Positions 47,851 through 58,505 of a stretch of 64,000 nt of DNA are shown one piece after another. Position numbers and translations under genes: made by a program. The DNA lies in IMG/VR virus record IMGVR_UViG_3300014204_000120, positions 32,001-96,000 of that record; one strand, 5' to 3'. Under the pieces are notes generated by a model. That model was not told where the DNA came from and did no database searches. It saw nothing but the letters and a program-made list of their open reading frames with translations. This DNA comes from a virus. Its lineage: Duplodnaviria; Caudoviricetes. Every line of letters starts with the position of its first letter. Position 1 is the stretch's first letter.

Positions 47851-48711
47851 ATGAGTAAGTTTACTACTTTTTATGAGAAGTTTGCAAAAGGAGTAAAGTC
47901 ACAATATGGCTATTCCGAACTCTATATTAATCCCAACATTGCTGACCGTGATGAAATGGTTGGTACTGATATATTTGCTTCTTTTCGTGGTATCATAGAT
48001 CCTAAAGGAAACTTATATGTGTGGATTGATAAAGCAGCCTTACACGATGAAGTCTTAGAAGATTTAGGACTTTATAACAACTATAAAGCTATTCCAATTT
48101 ATATTTATCCGGATGATAAGTATAATGTTATAATAAGTTATTGGTCTAGACAAACTGCATCAAATGAAGATAAAAAGTCATATAAAGATAGAGTTTTAAA
48201 TAATAAGTATCTTAAAGATTTTTTAAATAAACCTATTAGTATAAAAGAAACTAATCCATTAAAATCAGATAAAGATATATTTACACCACTTTCAAAAGAG
48301 ACCGTTCATGAAAGAATGGCATTTAAGAAAAAAATGCTTGGTGATAAAAATGAAACTAAACTGTTTATAGACCCTACAGATAGAGAAATACAATATTTAC
48401 TACAAATTGATAATAGAGGTATTAGAGGCGGTATAGATCAAAACGGTATTGTTCATGTATGGAAACTTGATACCAATCCTAAGAAAATCCAACAAGAATT
48501 TAAACTTCACTTCATTGCTGATGTTATGTGGGATGCTAATAATAAAGAAGAAGCTAATATTAAATTATTGGATCCATCGTGGAAAGCCAATACTGTTAAT
48601 GAAGATCTTTTAAAGAAAATAGATTATGGAATGGTTAATGCATTTTCATTTTTAAAATCATACAATATTACTGATTATGCTGGTAAAAATATAATTACCC
48701 GTGAGGTCTAA
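47851..48711 (+). CDS. Protein with two copies of a domain shared with 49861 and 57388
   Basis: (Y/F)I(N/D)P...RG.ID..G...VW occurs twice. Confidence 0.55.
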   Translation: MSKFTTFYEKFAKGVKSQYGYSELYINPNIADRDEMVGTDIFASFRGIIDPKGNLYVWIDKAALHDEVLEDLGLYNNYKAIPIYIYPDDKYNVIISYWSRQTASNEDKKSYKDRVLNNKYLKDFLNKPISIKETNPLKSDKDIFTPLSKETVHERMAFKKKMLGDKNETKLFIDPTDREIQYLLQIDNRGIRGGIDQNGIVHVWKLDTNPKKIQQEFKLHFIADVMWDANNKEEANIKLLDPSWKANTVNEDLLKKIDYGMVNAFSFLKSYNITDYAGKNIITREV

Positions 48712-49223
48712 TGGATAAATTTAATAATTATTATTTCAAAGAAGCTGAAGAAAAATCTGAAAAAATAGATGAACTTAAAATATTTATTGATTTGGACGGA
48801 GTCTTAACAAATTTTACTAAAGCTTTGGATGATTTAAAGATTAAAGAAAAAGGAATGACCCAAGATGAATTTTGGGCTGCTATTAAAGATAAAGGTGGTA
48901 TAAGTTTTTGGGAAGATATGGAATGGTTGCCTAATGCTAAAAAACTATGGAACCATGTTAAAAATCATAATCCAACAATATTAACTTCTCCTGCTAGGTC
49001 AACGTATAGTAAAGAAGGTAAAATGTTGTGGATTGCTAGAGAATTAGGTAAAGATGTTCCTTATGTATTTGATAGAGATAAGTTTAAATATGCTACACAA
49101 AACAGTATATTGATAGATAATGAAGATAAAAATATTAAAGACTGGGTTAAGTACGATGGTATTGGAATATTACATAAGTATCCTGAAAAAACTATAGAGG
49201 AACTAAAACGATATGGATTTTAA
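48711..49223 (+). CDS. HAD-family 5'(3')-deoxyribonucleotidase-like protein
   Basis: IFIDLDGVLTNF, ILTSP, GKMLW, ILIDN. Confidence 0.8.
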   Translation: MDKFNNYYFKEAEEKSEKIDELKIFIDLDGVLTNFTKALDDLKIKEKGMTQDEFWAAIKDKGGISFWEDMEWLPNAKKLWNHVKNHNPTILTSPARSTYSKEGKMLWIARELGKDVPYVFDRDKFKYATQNSILIDNEDKNIKDWVKYDGIGILHKYPEKTIEELKRYGF

Positions 49224-49608
49224 TTCATATTATTTTATTGAGGATTCTTGTTCTTATAAGTTAGGTAATTGTGAAGTTTTTGCTATTGCTTTATCAGAAC
49301 TTTTAAATAAACCATTATATGTTGTAAGAGGTTTTTATTGGGATAATAATATAAAAGAAAATGTGTATGAAGATTGTCATGTTGTTGTAAAAGTTAGTAA
49401 TAATAATTATATGGATGTTGATGGAATAAAAAATGAAGAAGAAATTAAATTAAGTTGTATGTTTTTGAACGATATTAAAAAAATTAAGTTAATAAAAATT
49501 ACTAAAGAAGAAGCTAAATTTATATTTTCAACGGAAGGAATTTTAGAAAAAGATATTGAAAAAGCTAAACAAATAATTTTACAAAATAAGAGTAAATATG
49601 GATTTTAA
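49213..49608 (+). CDS. Putative Cys-His-Asp (papain/transglutaminase-like) fold protein
   Basis: GNCEVFAIAL...HVVV...YMDVDG. Confidence 0.45.
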   Translation: MDFNSYYFIEDSCSYKLGNCEVFAIALSELLNKPLYVVRGFYWDNNIKENVYEDCHVVVKVSNNNYMDVDGIKNEEEIKLSCMFLNDIKKIKLIKITKEEAKFIFSTEGILEKDIEKAKQIILQNKSKYGF

Positions 49609-49864
49609 GTTATTTTATTTTTCTAAGCTTATTACTGAAAATGATAGTGATTTAGATAGTGATCTGAAATCACTTTTGTTGAAAGGTCAAGAAATAGCTA
49701 ATAAGTTAAACTTAAAATTTCATGGTTGGCAAGAAGCATTTGAAACATTTACTGGTGCTTTTGTTTTTACTGATAAGAAAACTCGTAGTACTTTTTTTGC
49801 TAAAGATGAAACTGAAGCAGAACAAAACTTAAATAAAATGAGATTAAAATTTAAAATATCATGA
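49598..49864 (+). CDS. Hypothetical protein
   Basis: MDFKLFYFSKLITE leader. Confidence 0.5.
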   Translation: MDFKLFYFSKLITENDSDLDSDLKSLLLKGQEIANKLNLKFHGWQEAFETFTGAFVFTDKKTRSTFFAKDETEAEQNLNKMRLKFKIS

Positions 49865-50292
49865 ACAGATTTAATAATTTTTATTATACAGAATCATTTT
49901 ATAAAGGAAATAACTTTAATACAGATTATTTCAAAGGATATGCTGAAATATATAAAAATCCAACTCATTCAGAATTAAAAGCTATATCTAAAGAATCATA
50001 TGATAAAGGTATACGTTTTGGTATAGACGATAATAATGACGTATATGCTTGGATTGAAGATATATTACACGAAGATATTGAAAGATTTTTAAAAACAGAA
50101 TGGAAACTTAGACTGGAATATACTTTAAATAGAGATACTTTATACTTATCATCCGGAGAAACTGGTAAATATTGGAATGATTATGGTAAACCTAAGGTTA
50201 AATATTTTAAAGAAATTATGCCTTCAATAAATAAAATTGAAATGGTAACTAAACCGTATACAATAGTTTATAATTATGAGGAAGTAAAATGA
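49861..50292 (+). CDS. Hypothetical protein, family of 47851/57388
   Basis: IYKNPT..E...RFGID...VYAW...LH. Confidence 0.55.
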   Translation: MNRFNNFYYTESFYKGNNFNTDYFKGYAEIYKNPTHSELKAISKESYDKGIRFGIDDNNDVYAWIEDILHEDIERFLKTEWKLRLEYTLNRDTLYLSSGETGKYWNDYGKPKVKYFKEIMPSINKIEMVTKPYTIVYNYEEVK

Positions 50293-50876
50293 AGTTTTTA
50301 GAATATTATTTGTTTCAAGAGGATCCAGAAGTTTCTAATACTTCTGATTGGCGTGAAAAATATGTTTATCATAGAACTCCAGTTACTAAACAATGGAAAA
50401 AAGTTAAGGTAAAAAGTTTACCTGCCGATCTTCAGTGGAAATATGCCCCTCCGGATGTTAAAATTCAAAGGAAGAAAGCAGGTCATTATGTTTCAGCACA
50501 GTCTGTAGGAAGCGGTCCTACATTAACAAATAAGCATGTATTTGATTTATATTATTCTGGGAATAGAGAAGGTGGATATAATAATTTTGATAATGGAAAA
50601 TTGGTAGTAGCAACAGATGATTCAGCTAAGGCTATTGAAATTGAGAAGTCTGGTCAAATAGTTGCTGTTGCTCATATGGTTCCTTTAGATGCTTTTAAGA
50701 AGTATTATTCATATGAAGATGAGGATTGGAAGGATTTTTCTAAGGATATGAATGACGAACAAAAGTTTGAAATGATAGATTTTACAGACAATGATGTATA
50801 TTTGGTTGATTTTGCAGCGTATAAAGATCAGATAGAATTTAGTTTATCTGAGGATCCTGATAATGAAGTTCAATGA
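50289..50876 (+). CDS. Hypothetical protein
   Basis: MKFLEYYLFQE leader. Confidence 0.5.
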   Translation: MKFLEYYLFQEDPEVSNTSDWREKYVYHRTPVTKQWKKVKVKSLPADLQWKYAPPDVKIQRKKAGHYVSAQSVGSGPTLTNKHVFDLYYSGNREGGYNNFDNGKLVVATDDSAKAIEIEKSGQIVAVAHMVPLDAFKKYYSYEDEDWKDFSKDMNDEQKFEMIDFTDNDVYLVDFAAYKDQIEFSLSEDPDNEVQ

Positions 50877-51309
50877 TTATTATTTTAAAGAGATAGAAAT
50901 ATATGGTAATAAGAAACCTTTTATTACTAAAGATGAAAGTGGTCAGTTAGAACATTTAGTTGATGAAATAGATTCAGAAGATATTAGAGTTTTAATAGGT
51001 AAAGAAAAGTTAGTTAAGACTTTAGGGAATATTGATCAGACTAGTTCAGAATATGATGGGTGGAGATTTTTATATAGAGATAATGGTAAGATAGTAGGAG
51101 CTGTTCAAGGTGTTATTATGTCTGATGGAACTAATGTATTATCAAATATATATGTTAAAGATGAATATAGAAAACAAGGTATTGGAACTAAATTAGTTAA
51201 TATAGCTAAAGAACATATGAAAAATCTTAAAGCTAGTAATGACTTTACAGAATTAGGTTATAAATTTTTTAACAAATTAGATAATAAGGATAAATATGTC
51301 AATCAATAA
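50863..51309 (+). CDS. GNAT acetyltransferase
   Basis: IYVKDEYRKQGIGTKLV...FTELGYKF. Confidence 0.8.
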   Translation: MKFNDYYFKEIEIYGNKKPFITKDESGQLEHLVDEIDSEDIRVLIGKEKLVKTLGNIDQTSSEYDGWRFLYRDNGKIVGAVQGVIMSDGTNVLSNIYVKDEYRKQGIGTKLVNIAKEHMKNLKASNDFTELGYKFFNKLDNKDKYVNQ

Positions 51310-52000
51310 TTTATTAAAAAATATGTTATATTTGAAAGAATCTGATGTTTCGTTTCATATTAGTCGTAAGGAAGTGCCATCTGAAATATTAATATGGGCT
51401 GATGAAATATTAGGTAAAAAGATTAATTCAAATATTTCTGTTATACAATCAGGTGAAATAGAAGCTAAAATGCCTTGGCACGAAGCTGATAGAGAATATT
51501 ATGCTATGTTTAAATTAATGAATGGTAAAGCTATTAAAACGGAATTTGAATTTACAAGAAGTGGAATGGAAGGTGATGGTAATATTACTGGTAAAGAAAT
51601 TAAAGGTACTACTAAAATACCAACAGGATATATCTTTGCTGTTGCTGGTATATATCCACAAAGATTAAAAATATATACTTCAGAGGATGCTACTAAATTT
51701 TTACCTGATAAAACTGATAACGATATAACAGATACAGAATTATTAACATTGTATTGGGCCAGAAGTCTTATGTCATTTGCTAGACCTAGATTTAAGGAAT
51801 ATGATAATATAGTTAGTTCATTAGTTTCAAAAGGGTTTATGAAAGTTAACGGATCTATAACTAGTAATGGAAAAAATGCTCTTAATACTAATATTGATAA
51901 AATAAGAACTATATTTAAAGATAAAACGTATGCAGATCCTAAATTATATTCTAAGAATTATAATGATTATATGTTTAGTAATTATCCAATAACGTATTAA
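51296..52000 (+). CDS. Hypothetical protein
   Basis: ORF with LYLKE leader. Confidence 0.5.
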   Translation: MSINNLLKNMLYLKESDVSFHISRKEVPSEILIWADEILGKKINSNISVIQSGEIEAKMPWHEADREYYAMFKLMNGKAIKTEFEFTRSGMEGDGNITGKEIKGTTKIPTGYIFAVAGIYPQRLKIYTSEDATKFLPDKTDNDITDTELLTLYWARSLMSFARPRFKEYDNIVSSLVSKGFMKVNGSITSNGKNALNTNIDKIRTIFKDKTYADPKLYSKNYNDYMFSNYPITY

Positions 52001-52009
52001 AGGTTATAT

Positions 52010-52897
52010 ATGAAATTCAGTGAATACTATATGATGAGTGAAGTTTCTGAAATAGCTTTAAATAAAGCTAAGGAAAAATTTATTCAACAAGGTGAAGATA
52101 ATAATGAAGTTGAAACTATAGTTAATAAATTTAATGAATTAGAAAAGAAACATTTAACTAAAGGTATTGATCTGTTTAAAATAAGATTTCAAGAATTAAA
52201 AGACTTTATTACTAATTCTCAAGAATCTAAAACGGTTAAAAAGAAAGAAGTTAAATCATCAGGAGCAGATAAAGTATACGAAGATTCACAATATATATTA
52301 TATAAAATATTAACTAAAGAAGCAGCTTGTTTATATGGAAAAGGAACTAAGTGGTGTATATCTGCTAAAGAAAATAATATGTTTGATGAATATAAAAATA
52401 TATATAGTTTTTATTTTTTAATAGATAAAACTAAAAATGAAAATGATCCTTTATATAAAATAGCATTTTCAGTTGGAAGACCTGATGTTATTGTATATAA
52501 TGCCGAGGATATAGAATTAAATAATTATGTTATTCCTGAAAAAATCAGACCTTTTTTAAAGAAAGATGAATATTATGTTTTAGAAATAAATAGCAAGGAT
52601 AATAAAATAAAATACGTTATTGTATCTTTAAAAGGATTATTAGATATTAAACATTTAATATTTAAAAATTTAAATAAAATGGATTTGTATGTAACCACAA
52701 AAAACAGTTTATCTTTTACTCAAAATATTATTATCATTAAAAATTCATTAAATAATCATGCTAATTTAAAATCAAAAATATATAAAAAGAACGAAATGCA
52801 AACATATTTAGATGAATTAGCCAAAAAAGAAAAAGATATGAAAATTGTTTTTATATATGGTGATGGTGTAGATCCCAAAAAAATTAATACTTTATAA
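52010..52897 (+). CDS. PcfJ-like domain protein
   Basis: AACLYGKGTKWCIS. Confidence 0.5.
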   Translation: MKFSEYYMMSEVSEIALNKAKEKFIQQGEDNNEVETIVNKFNELEKKHLTKGIDLFKIRFQELKDFITNSQESKTVKKKEVKSSGADKVYEDSQYILYKILTKEAACLYGKGTKWCISAKENNMFDEYKNIYSFYFLIDKTKNENDPLYKIAFSVGRPDVIVYNAEDIELNNYVIPEKIRPFLKKDEYYVLEINSKDNKIKYVIVSLKGLLDIKHLIFKNLNKMDLYVTTKNSLSFTQNIIIIKNSLNNHANLKSKIYKKNEMQTYLDELAKKEKDMKIVFIYGDGVDPKKINTL

Positions 52898-52907
52898 GAG
52901 ATAACTT

Positions 52908-54248
52908 ATGAAATTCAGCGAATACTATGTTTTAAATGAACTAACTCAAGTAGCTTTAAATAAAGCTATTACTAAGTTTGTTAAATCCGGTATTGAACAA
53001 ACAGACGCAGAACAAGCAGTTAAAACTTTTAATGATCTAACTAAAAAAAATAAGATTAAAAAAGGCATTGATATATTCTCATTGTCTTTTGACGAACTAC
53101 AACAACATATAACAGATGCAAGCGGTAAAGTCTCACGTAAAGAAAAATCACAACGAATTAAAGATAAAGATACTGAATATGTATACGAAGACGATAAAAT
53201 ACTTATAGTTAGCCCTAAAACTCATGAATCATCTTGTAAGTATGGCTCTGGTACTCAATGGTGTATAACAATGACTAGTCCTTCTTATTGGAATCAATAC
53301 TATCAAAAAGGTATAAAGATGTACTTTATTATACCTAAAAAACATACAAAAGCAAGTAAAGACGACGAAAAAGTAGCAGTTGCAGTTGATATTAATGACA
53401 ATTTTGAAATTTTTAATGCTAACGATCAAACACTTTCTAGAACTTCTTTTGAAAATTGGTTAGAAGAAGATGCTGAATCAGATGTTGAAGAAGTATTACA
53501 ATATTTACAACCATTAGATCGCGGTGAATATTTAGAAAGAACTCAAATAACAGAATCAGAATATGAAGATTTAACTGAAAGATGGCTAGAAGCTTTAGGC
53601 ATTAAAACAAAAGATCCATATTATGATACAGCTAAAAAAGATATATTACAAACATTAAATGATCATTATAATATAGAATTAGCATCAGAGTTAGAAAATG
53701 TTTCTTTATATGATTATGCAAGAGACGATTTAGATAGATTATTTTATGATGTTGATGCATCATTAGAAATGTTAGAAAATCAATATGGTATTGATTCAGA
53801 ATCGGCAAAAAATAAAGTTATATTATTTCCATATGTTTTTTATGGCGATTTACAATATGATGTTAAAAATGAAAATGAACCTTTTGATGATATCTATAGT
53901 GATAGATTTAATTGGGAATTTATAGACAATCTTTCTGTTGAGCAATTATTAGATCGTTTAAAGATAAATTTACATGATAAAGACGGATTAGATGATGGTA
54001 TTGTAAAGAATATTGAATTGTGGTTAACTCTAAAATATAAAAACAAACATAATGAATTTATATCATTTTTTGACGATATAAAAGAATATGCTTTAGAAGA
54101 TCCTAATCATGGTGGTAAAGTTTCTGATACAGTTTTAAATCAATTAAAACAATTATATGATAAAGTCGAAAAGGTCGAATATGGTAAACAAGACCATCCT
54201 AAACTTGATTTACAAGGTATATCATTTAAAGACTATTTAAGAATATAG
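52908..54248 (+). CDS. PcfJ-like domain protein, paralog
   Basis: SSCKYGSGTQWCIT; C-terminal half shared with 54257. Confidence 0.5.
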   Translation: MKFSEYYVLNELTQVALNKAITKFVKSGIEQTDAEQAVKTFNDLTKKNKIKKGIDIFSLSFDELQQHITDASGKVSRKEKSQRIKDKDTEYVYEDDKILIVSPKTHESSCKYGSGTQWCITMTSPSYWNQYYQKGIKMYFIIPKKHTKASKDDEKVAVAVDINDNFEIFNANDQTLSRTSFENWLEEDAESDVEEVLQYLQPLDRGEYLERTQITESEYEDLTERWLEALGIKTKDPYYDTAKKDILQTLNDHYNIELASELENVSLYDYARDDLDRLFYDVDASLEMLENQYGIDSESAKNKVILFPYVFYGDLQYDVKNENEPFDDIYSDRFNWEFIDNLSVEQLLDRLKINLHDKDGLDDGIVKNIELWLTLKYKNKHNEFISFFDDIKEYALEDPNHGGKVSDTVLNQLKQLYDKVEKVEYGKQDHPKLDLQGISFKDYLRI

Positions 54249-54256
54249 GAGATAAC

Positions 54257-55942
54257 ATGTCTTTTTTAGATTTTTATGAACTGAATGAAGTAACTGCAGA
54301 TCAAAAATATGATCTTCAATATAAAAATAAGCTAGATCGTAATCAGTTTAATTTAGCAGTTGAATTGGATCCTACTTCTAAAGGTCAAGAAAAAGTTGGT
54401 AAATATGTAGATTGGATTATTAAAAACCAATTGTTTGATAAAAAACCAGAAGAAATAAAAGACTTACTATCTAAATATGAAAAGTTTAAAAGCAAACTAG
54501 AAATCAATCAACGTGATATTAATAAACTAAAATATGACGATGTTGTTGGAGCTATTGATACTTTAATTCAAAAAGGCGCTTTAGTTTCACAAACAGATAA
54601 AGATAAAGAAAGAAGAAAAAAAGCTGAAAGTGAAGCAGAAATAGCTTATCAAGACGATGATGTAATTGTAATAATACCTAAAACAATGTTTGCATCTCAA
54701 TACTTTGGTGCAGGATCTGATTGGTGTACTGCCAGACAAGACGATAAATCATGTATGTTTGATTCATATGATAGAGATGGTACTTTATATATTATTAAGG
54801 ATAAACACGATAATAAAAAATATCAGTTATTTGTTGATACTGAAAAAAAGCATTATGAATATAGAAACAGTCAAAATAAAAATATAGATCCTTTTCAAAT
54901 ATTTTCAGATTATAGTGATTTTATAGAATGGTTAGAAACTAAAGAATTTCCTAACCAAGGAAAATTAACAGAAGAACAAAGAGATTCAATAGCTCGTGGC
55001 ATATTAAACGGCTTAGATATAGACGATTTAACAGATGAAGAAGAAAAAGATGCACTTGACACAATTAAAACACAATTTTCAGCATATGAAGAAATGTATG
55101 AAGACGAAGGTAATGTAACAGATATGCACGAGGCAATTACAAATATAACAGATGAATGGGATTATTATTTTGAAAAAGTATTAGATTTATTAGAAAGTAA
55201 ATATGGAATAGATTCTTCAGCTAAAGAAAATAAACTAATATTGGTAAGTTATTTAGATAGTTTAAATGATTTATCGTATGATTTAGAAAAAAATAGAGAA
55301 CATTATTCAATAGATAGTTTTGATCCTGAAAATATTCATGAGTTTCAATGGAAGTATTTATCAGATATGGAATTAGACAAAATGATTGATAGTTTAGATA
55401 TAAATTTTGAAGATAATGAAGGTTTAGATAAAGAAACATTAAGCATTATAGAACAATGGCTAACTAGAAAATATAATACCGATCATGAAGCTTTTGTTAG
55501 TTTTATGGATGATTTAAATGATATAATTAATTCTGGTCCTTATAAAACATTTTTATCTAAAGAAATAGAAAAACAATTAAAAGATTTAATAGATAAAGTT
55601 GAAAAGGTAGAATACGGTAAAGAAGGTCATCCCGAATTAGATCTACAAGGTATATCATTTAAAGATTATCTAAGATTAACAATAAATGAAACTAAAAAAG
55701 GAAGCTCTAAAGCTAAAGTAAGAACCAGACCTAATCCTGTATTTGATTCAACTCATTCTAAAGTAAACGATAATAAAGATCACTTTCCTTTAGGTAATGC
55801 TAATCAAGCCAGAAACGCATTAGCTAGAGTAGCACAATATACAAGTAAACCTAAATGGTATAATGGAACTTTAGAAAGTTTAAAGAATGCTGTGAAACGC
55901 GCAGTTCATAAAGAATATCCTTTAATTGAGATAAGTGATTGA
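54257..55942 (+). CDS. PcfJ-like domain protein with extra C-terminal basic domain
   Basis: DPT...GKYVDW, ASQYFGAGSDWCTA; C-terminal HFPL...QARNALARVAQY. Confidence 0.5.
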   Translation: MSFLDFYELNEVTADQKYDLQYKNKLDRNQFNLAVELDPTSKGQEKVGKYVDWIIKNQLFDKKPEEIKDLLSKYEKFKSKLEINQRDINKLKYDDVVGAIDTLIQKGALVSQTDKDKERRKKAESEAEIAYQDDDVIVIIPKTMFASQYFGAGSDWCTARQDDKSCMFDSYDRDGTLYIIKDKHDNKKYQLFVDTEKKHYEYRNSQNKNIDPFQIFSDYSDFIEWLETKEFPNQGKLTEEQRDSIARGILNGLDIDDLTDEEEKDALDTIKTQFSAYEEMYEDEGNVTDMHEAITNITDEWDYYFEKVLDLLESKYGIDSSAKENKLILVSYLDSLNDLSYDLEKNREHYSIDSFDPENIHEFQWKYLSDMELDKMIDSLDINFEDNEGLDKETLSIIEQWLTRKYNTDHEAFVSFMDDLNDIINSGPYKTFLSKEIEKQLKDLIDKVEKVEYGKEGHPELDLQGISFKDYLRLTINETKKGSSKAKVRTRPNPVFDSTHSKVNDNKDHFPLGNANQARNALARVAQYTSKPKWYNGTLESLKNAVKRAVHKEYPLIEISD

Positions 55943-55945
55943 ATT

Positions 55946-57391
55946 ATGAAAAAATCATTTTCAAAATATTACTTTAAAGAAAACGTACTAGATAATTGGG
56001 ATGAAATAAAACAAAAATATCCTAATATCCAAAACGCTATTGAATTAATGGATAAAATAAACAAAGCAGGATTTGAAGCACTAATGGTTGGAGGAGTTGT
56101 TAGAGACTTAGTATTAGGTAATGAACCAAACGACGTAGATATTACAACTGACGCAATACCTGATCAAATTGAAAAAATATTTGGTAAAGTTATAGATATA
56201 GGTCAAAATAAAAAGATGGGTGTCTCCGTTGTACCATATAAAGGTGAAAATTATGAAATTGCTACATATAGAAAAGATCAATTTAATGATTTAAGTAAAG
56301 GTAAAGGCGCTGATACTGTTGAACTAACTACTTCATTTAAAGACGATACTAGTAGAAGAGACTTTAAGATCAACCAACTTGGAATTGATAAGGATGGTAA
56401 TATAATAGATAATTGGGGTGGGTTAAAAGATATAAAAAATAAAGTAATATCTACTGTTGGAGATCCAAATCTTAGATTTAAAGAGGACCAGATCAGAAGT
56501 CTAAGAGCCGTTCGATTTTCTTCTAGATTAGGATTTACTATTAGTCCTGAAACTATTGAAGCAATGAAACAAAATGCACCTGAAATAACTAAGGTAGCTC
56601 CAGAACGTATTACAAAAGAATTAATGAAGATGGCCGAACAAAGTGGACCTGCATTTGCTGAAGCTATTATAACAATGGATAAAGTAGGTTTGTTACAATA
56701 TATATTACCTGAAATATTTAAAATGCATGAATTAGAACATAACAAAGAATTTCATCCAGAAACAGACGATGAAGGTAAACATACAGTATTTGGGCATGTT
56801 ATTCAAGCATTAAGATCACAACCATTAAAAGATAGTATTTTGAATTTATCAGTTTTAATGCACGACGTAGGCAAAATAAATACTCAATCTATTGATGATC
56901 AAGGCTTCATACATTATTTAAGACACGCACAAGAAGCAGATAAACTAATAGATCAAATAGCAGATAGACTTAAGTTTGATAATGAAACTCGCCGTAAAAT
57001 ACAATTTGCAGCTATTAATCATATGAAAGCGCACGAAATATTAGCAATGTCAAATAGTAAGATAGCAGAATTAATGAACAATGATGCTTTTGATATATTG
57101 ATTAAGGTAGCAGAAGCTGATGCTAGAGCAAGAGGTAAACTGTTTGATGATGTAGAATGGCAAAAGATATTATCCAAGATAAACGACATAGCTATTAAAT
57201 TCAAGGATAAAAAGGCTAAAGATGCCGTAAAAAAGGTAGTTAATGGCAATTGGGTTATGGGTTTAAAGGGTATAACAAAGCCAGGTCCTGAAGTTGGAAG
57301 AATTATAAATACTACAGTGGATTGGATTATAGATTCTGGTATTGATATGAATGATACTAAGGCAATAGAGGATTATATTAAAAGCATATGA
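55946..57391 (+). CDS. cca: CCA tRNA nucleotidyltransferase (class II) with HD domain
   Basis: VGGVVRD...DVDIT, EIATYR, RRDFKIN, EDQIRSLRAVRF, ERI..EL, HDVGK. Confidence 0.9.
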   Translation: MKKSFSKYYFKENVLDNWDEIKQKYPNIQNAIELMDKINKAGFEALMVGGVVRDLVLGNEPNDVDITTDAIPDQIEKIFGKVIDIGQNKKMGVSVVPYKGENYEIATYRKDQFNDLSKGKGADTVELTTSFKDDTSRRDFKINQLGIDKDGNIIDNWGGLKDIKNKVISTVGDPNLRFKEDQIRSLRAVRFSSRLGFTISPETIEAMKQNAPEITKVAPERITKELMKMAEQSGPAFAEAIITMDKVGLLQYILPEIFKMHELEHNKEFHPETDDEGKHTVFGHVIQALRSQPLKDSILNLSVLMHDVGKINTQSIDDQGFIHYLRHAQEADKLIDQIADRLKFDNETRRKIQFAAINHMKAHEILAMSNSKIAELMNNDAFDILIKVAEADARARGKLFDDVEWQKILSKINDIAIKFKDKKAKDAVKKVVNGNWVMGLKGITKPGPEVGRIINTTVDWIIDSGIDMNDTKAIEDYIKSI

Positions 57392-57873
57392 TAAACGAAA
57401 AGTATTATTCTACAATGGAAGTAATAACTGGAGCTATGGAAGTCTTTTTGAATCCTACTATAGATGAAATTAAGGAAATATCATTGGCTGGTGAAGATAC
57501 TGATAATGAGTTTAGTTATAATAATCCACCGAGTCGAACACTTAGAGCTTTTATATTAGAAGATGGAAATGTAATAGCTTGGAATGAATATAAATCAGAT
57601 CATAGAGAAATGATTAAAAAGTTAGATTTGGTTAATAAGAAAGTTATACCAATATATATTTACATGAATAAAAATATGAAGTCAGCTGAGAATGTTGAGA
57701 TATCCGTTTGGTCTGGTGCATTATTAGGTTATAACGTTGATGATCCTGATGTTATGAATCAGTTAGAACGTAAAAAAGAAAGTAATCCTTATTTAGTTTC
57801 AATATTACAGGGTAAGGATTATTATGGTGAGTCATATCATAAATATATTGATTGTTATATTTTTAAAGGATAA
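57388..57873 (+). CDS. Hypothetical protein, family of 47851/49861
   Basis: VFLNPT..E...RAFI..DG.V.AW...DH. Confidence 0.55.
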   Translation: MINEKYYSTMEVITGAMEVFLNPTIDEIKEISLAGEDTDNEFSYNNPPSRTLRAFILEDGNVIAWNEYKSDHREMIKKLDLVNKKVIPIYIYMNKNMKSAENVEISVWSGALLGYNVDDPDVMNQLERKKESNPYLVSILQGKDYYGESYHKYIDCYIFKG

Positions 57874-57895
57874 ATACAGTTAAAGGAGTTTTAAA

Positions 57896-58141
57896 ATGAA
57901 AAAAAGTGTAAATTCATTAGTTGAAGCTTATAAAAGTAAGGCTAATTATTTATTGGAGACTGATGAAGAGTTAATGGAAAAGTTTGATGTGGCTCATATG
58001 AGATGCCCACATTGTAAATTAGATTTAGTTAAGCAATCTAATGCTATTGAAGTTCCGTCAGAAAAAGGTAAGACAAAAATAGGATTAGATGTAAGTTCGT
58101 GTCCTAAATGTGGATTTGTTGGTGATATAGACATTCAATAA
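57896..58141 (+). CDS. Small Zn-ribbon protein
   Basis: CPHC...CPKC. Confidence 0.6.
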   Translation: MKKSVNSLVEAYKSKANYLLETDEELMEKFDVAHMRCPHCKLDLVKQSNAIEVPSEKGKTKIGLDVSSCPKCGFVGDIDIQ

Positions 58142-58157
58142 AGGAGATTAATATAAT

Positions 58158-58493
58158 ATGAGTATTTTAACAGAACTGGGTTTATTAATTGAAGCACCAA
58201 AAGATGATGAAGTTGATACTGATGAAATTCTTGATGTACCTGAAGAGCCAGCTGAAGATATTGAAGTTCCTGAAGAAGAACCAGCTGATAAACATGAAGA
58301 AGAGGCTAATGTTGGTGAAGTTGGCGATTTATTAAAACATATAGAATCTTTACAGAACATTGTGCAAGATATAGATTCTAGAGTTGATATACAAAGTGAA
58401 GACGATCCTGCGTTTAGAGCGGAAATATCAATTCGTAAGGCTATTGGTGCATTACAGGATTTGTCAGATAAACTTTATAAGAAAACAAAGTAA
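58158..58493 (+). CDS. Acidic hypothetical protein
   Basis: RBS AAGGAG; acidic N-half, helical C-half. Confidence 0.55.
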   Translation: MSILTELGLLIEAPKDDEVDTDEILDVPEEPAEDIEVPEEEPADKHEEEANVGEVGDLLKHIESLQNIVQDIDSRVDIQSEDDPAFRAEISIRKAIGALQDLSDKLYKKTK

Positions 58494-58505
58494 GGAGATA
58501 CAACC

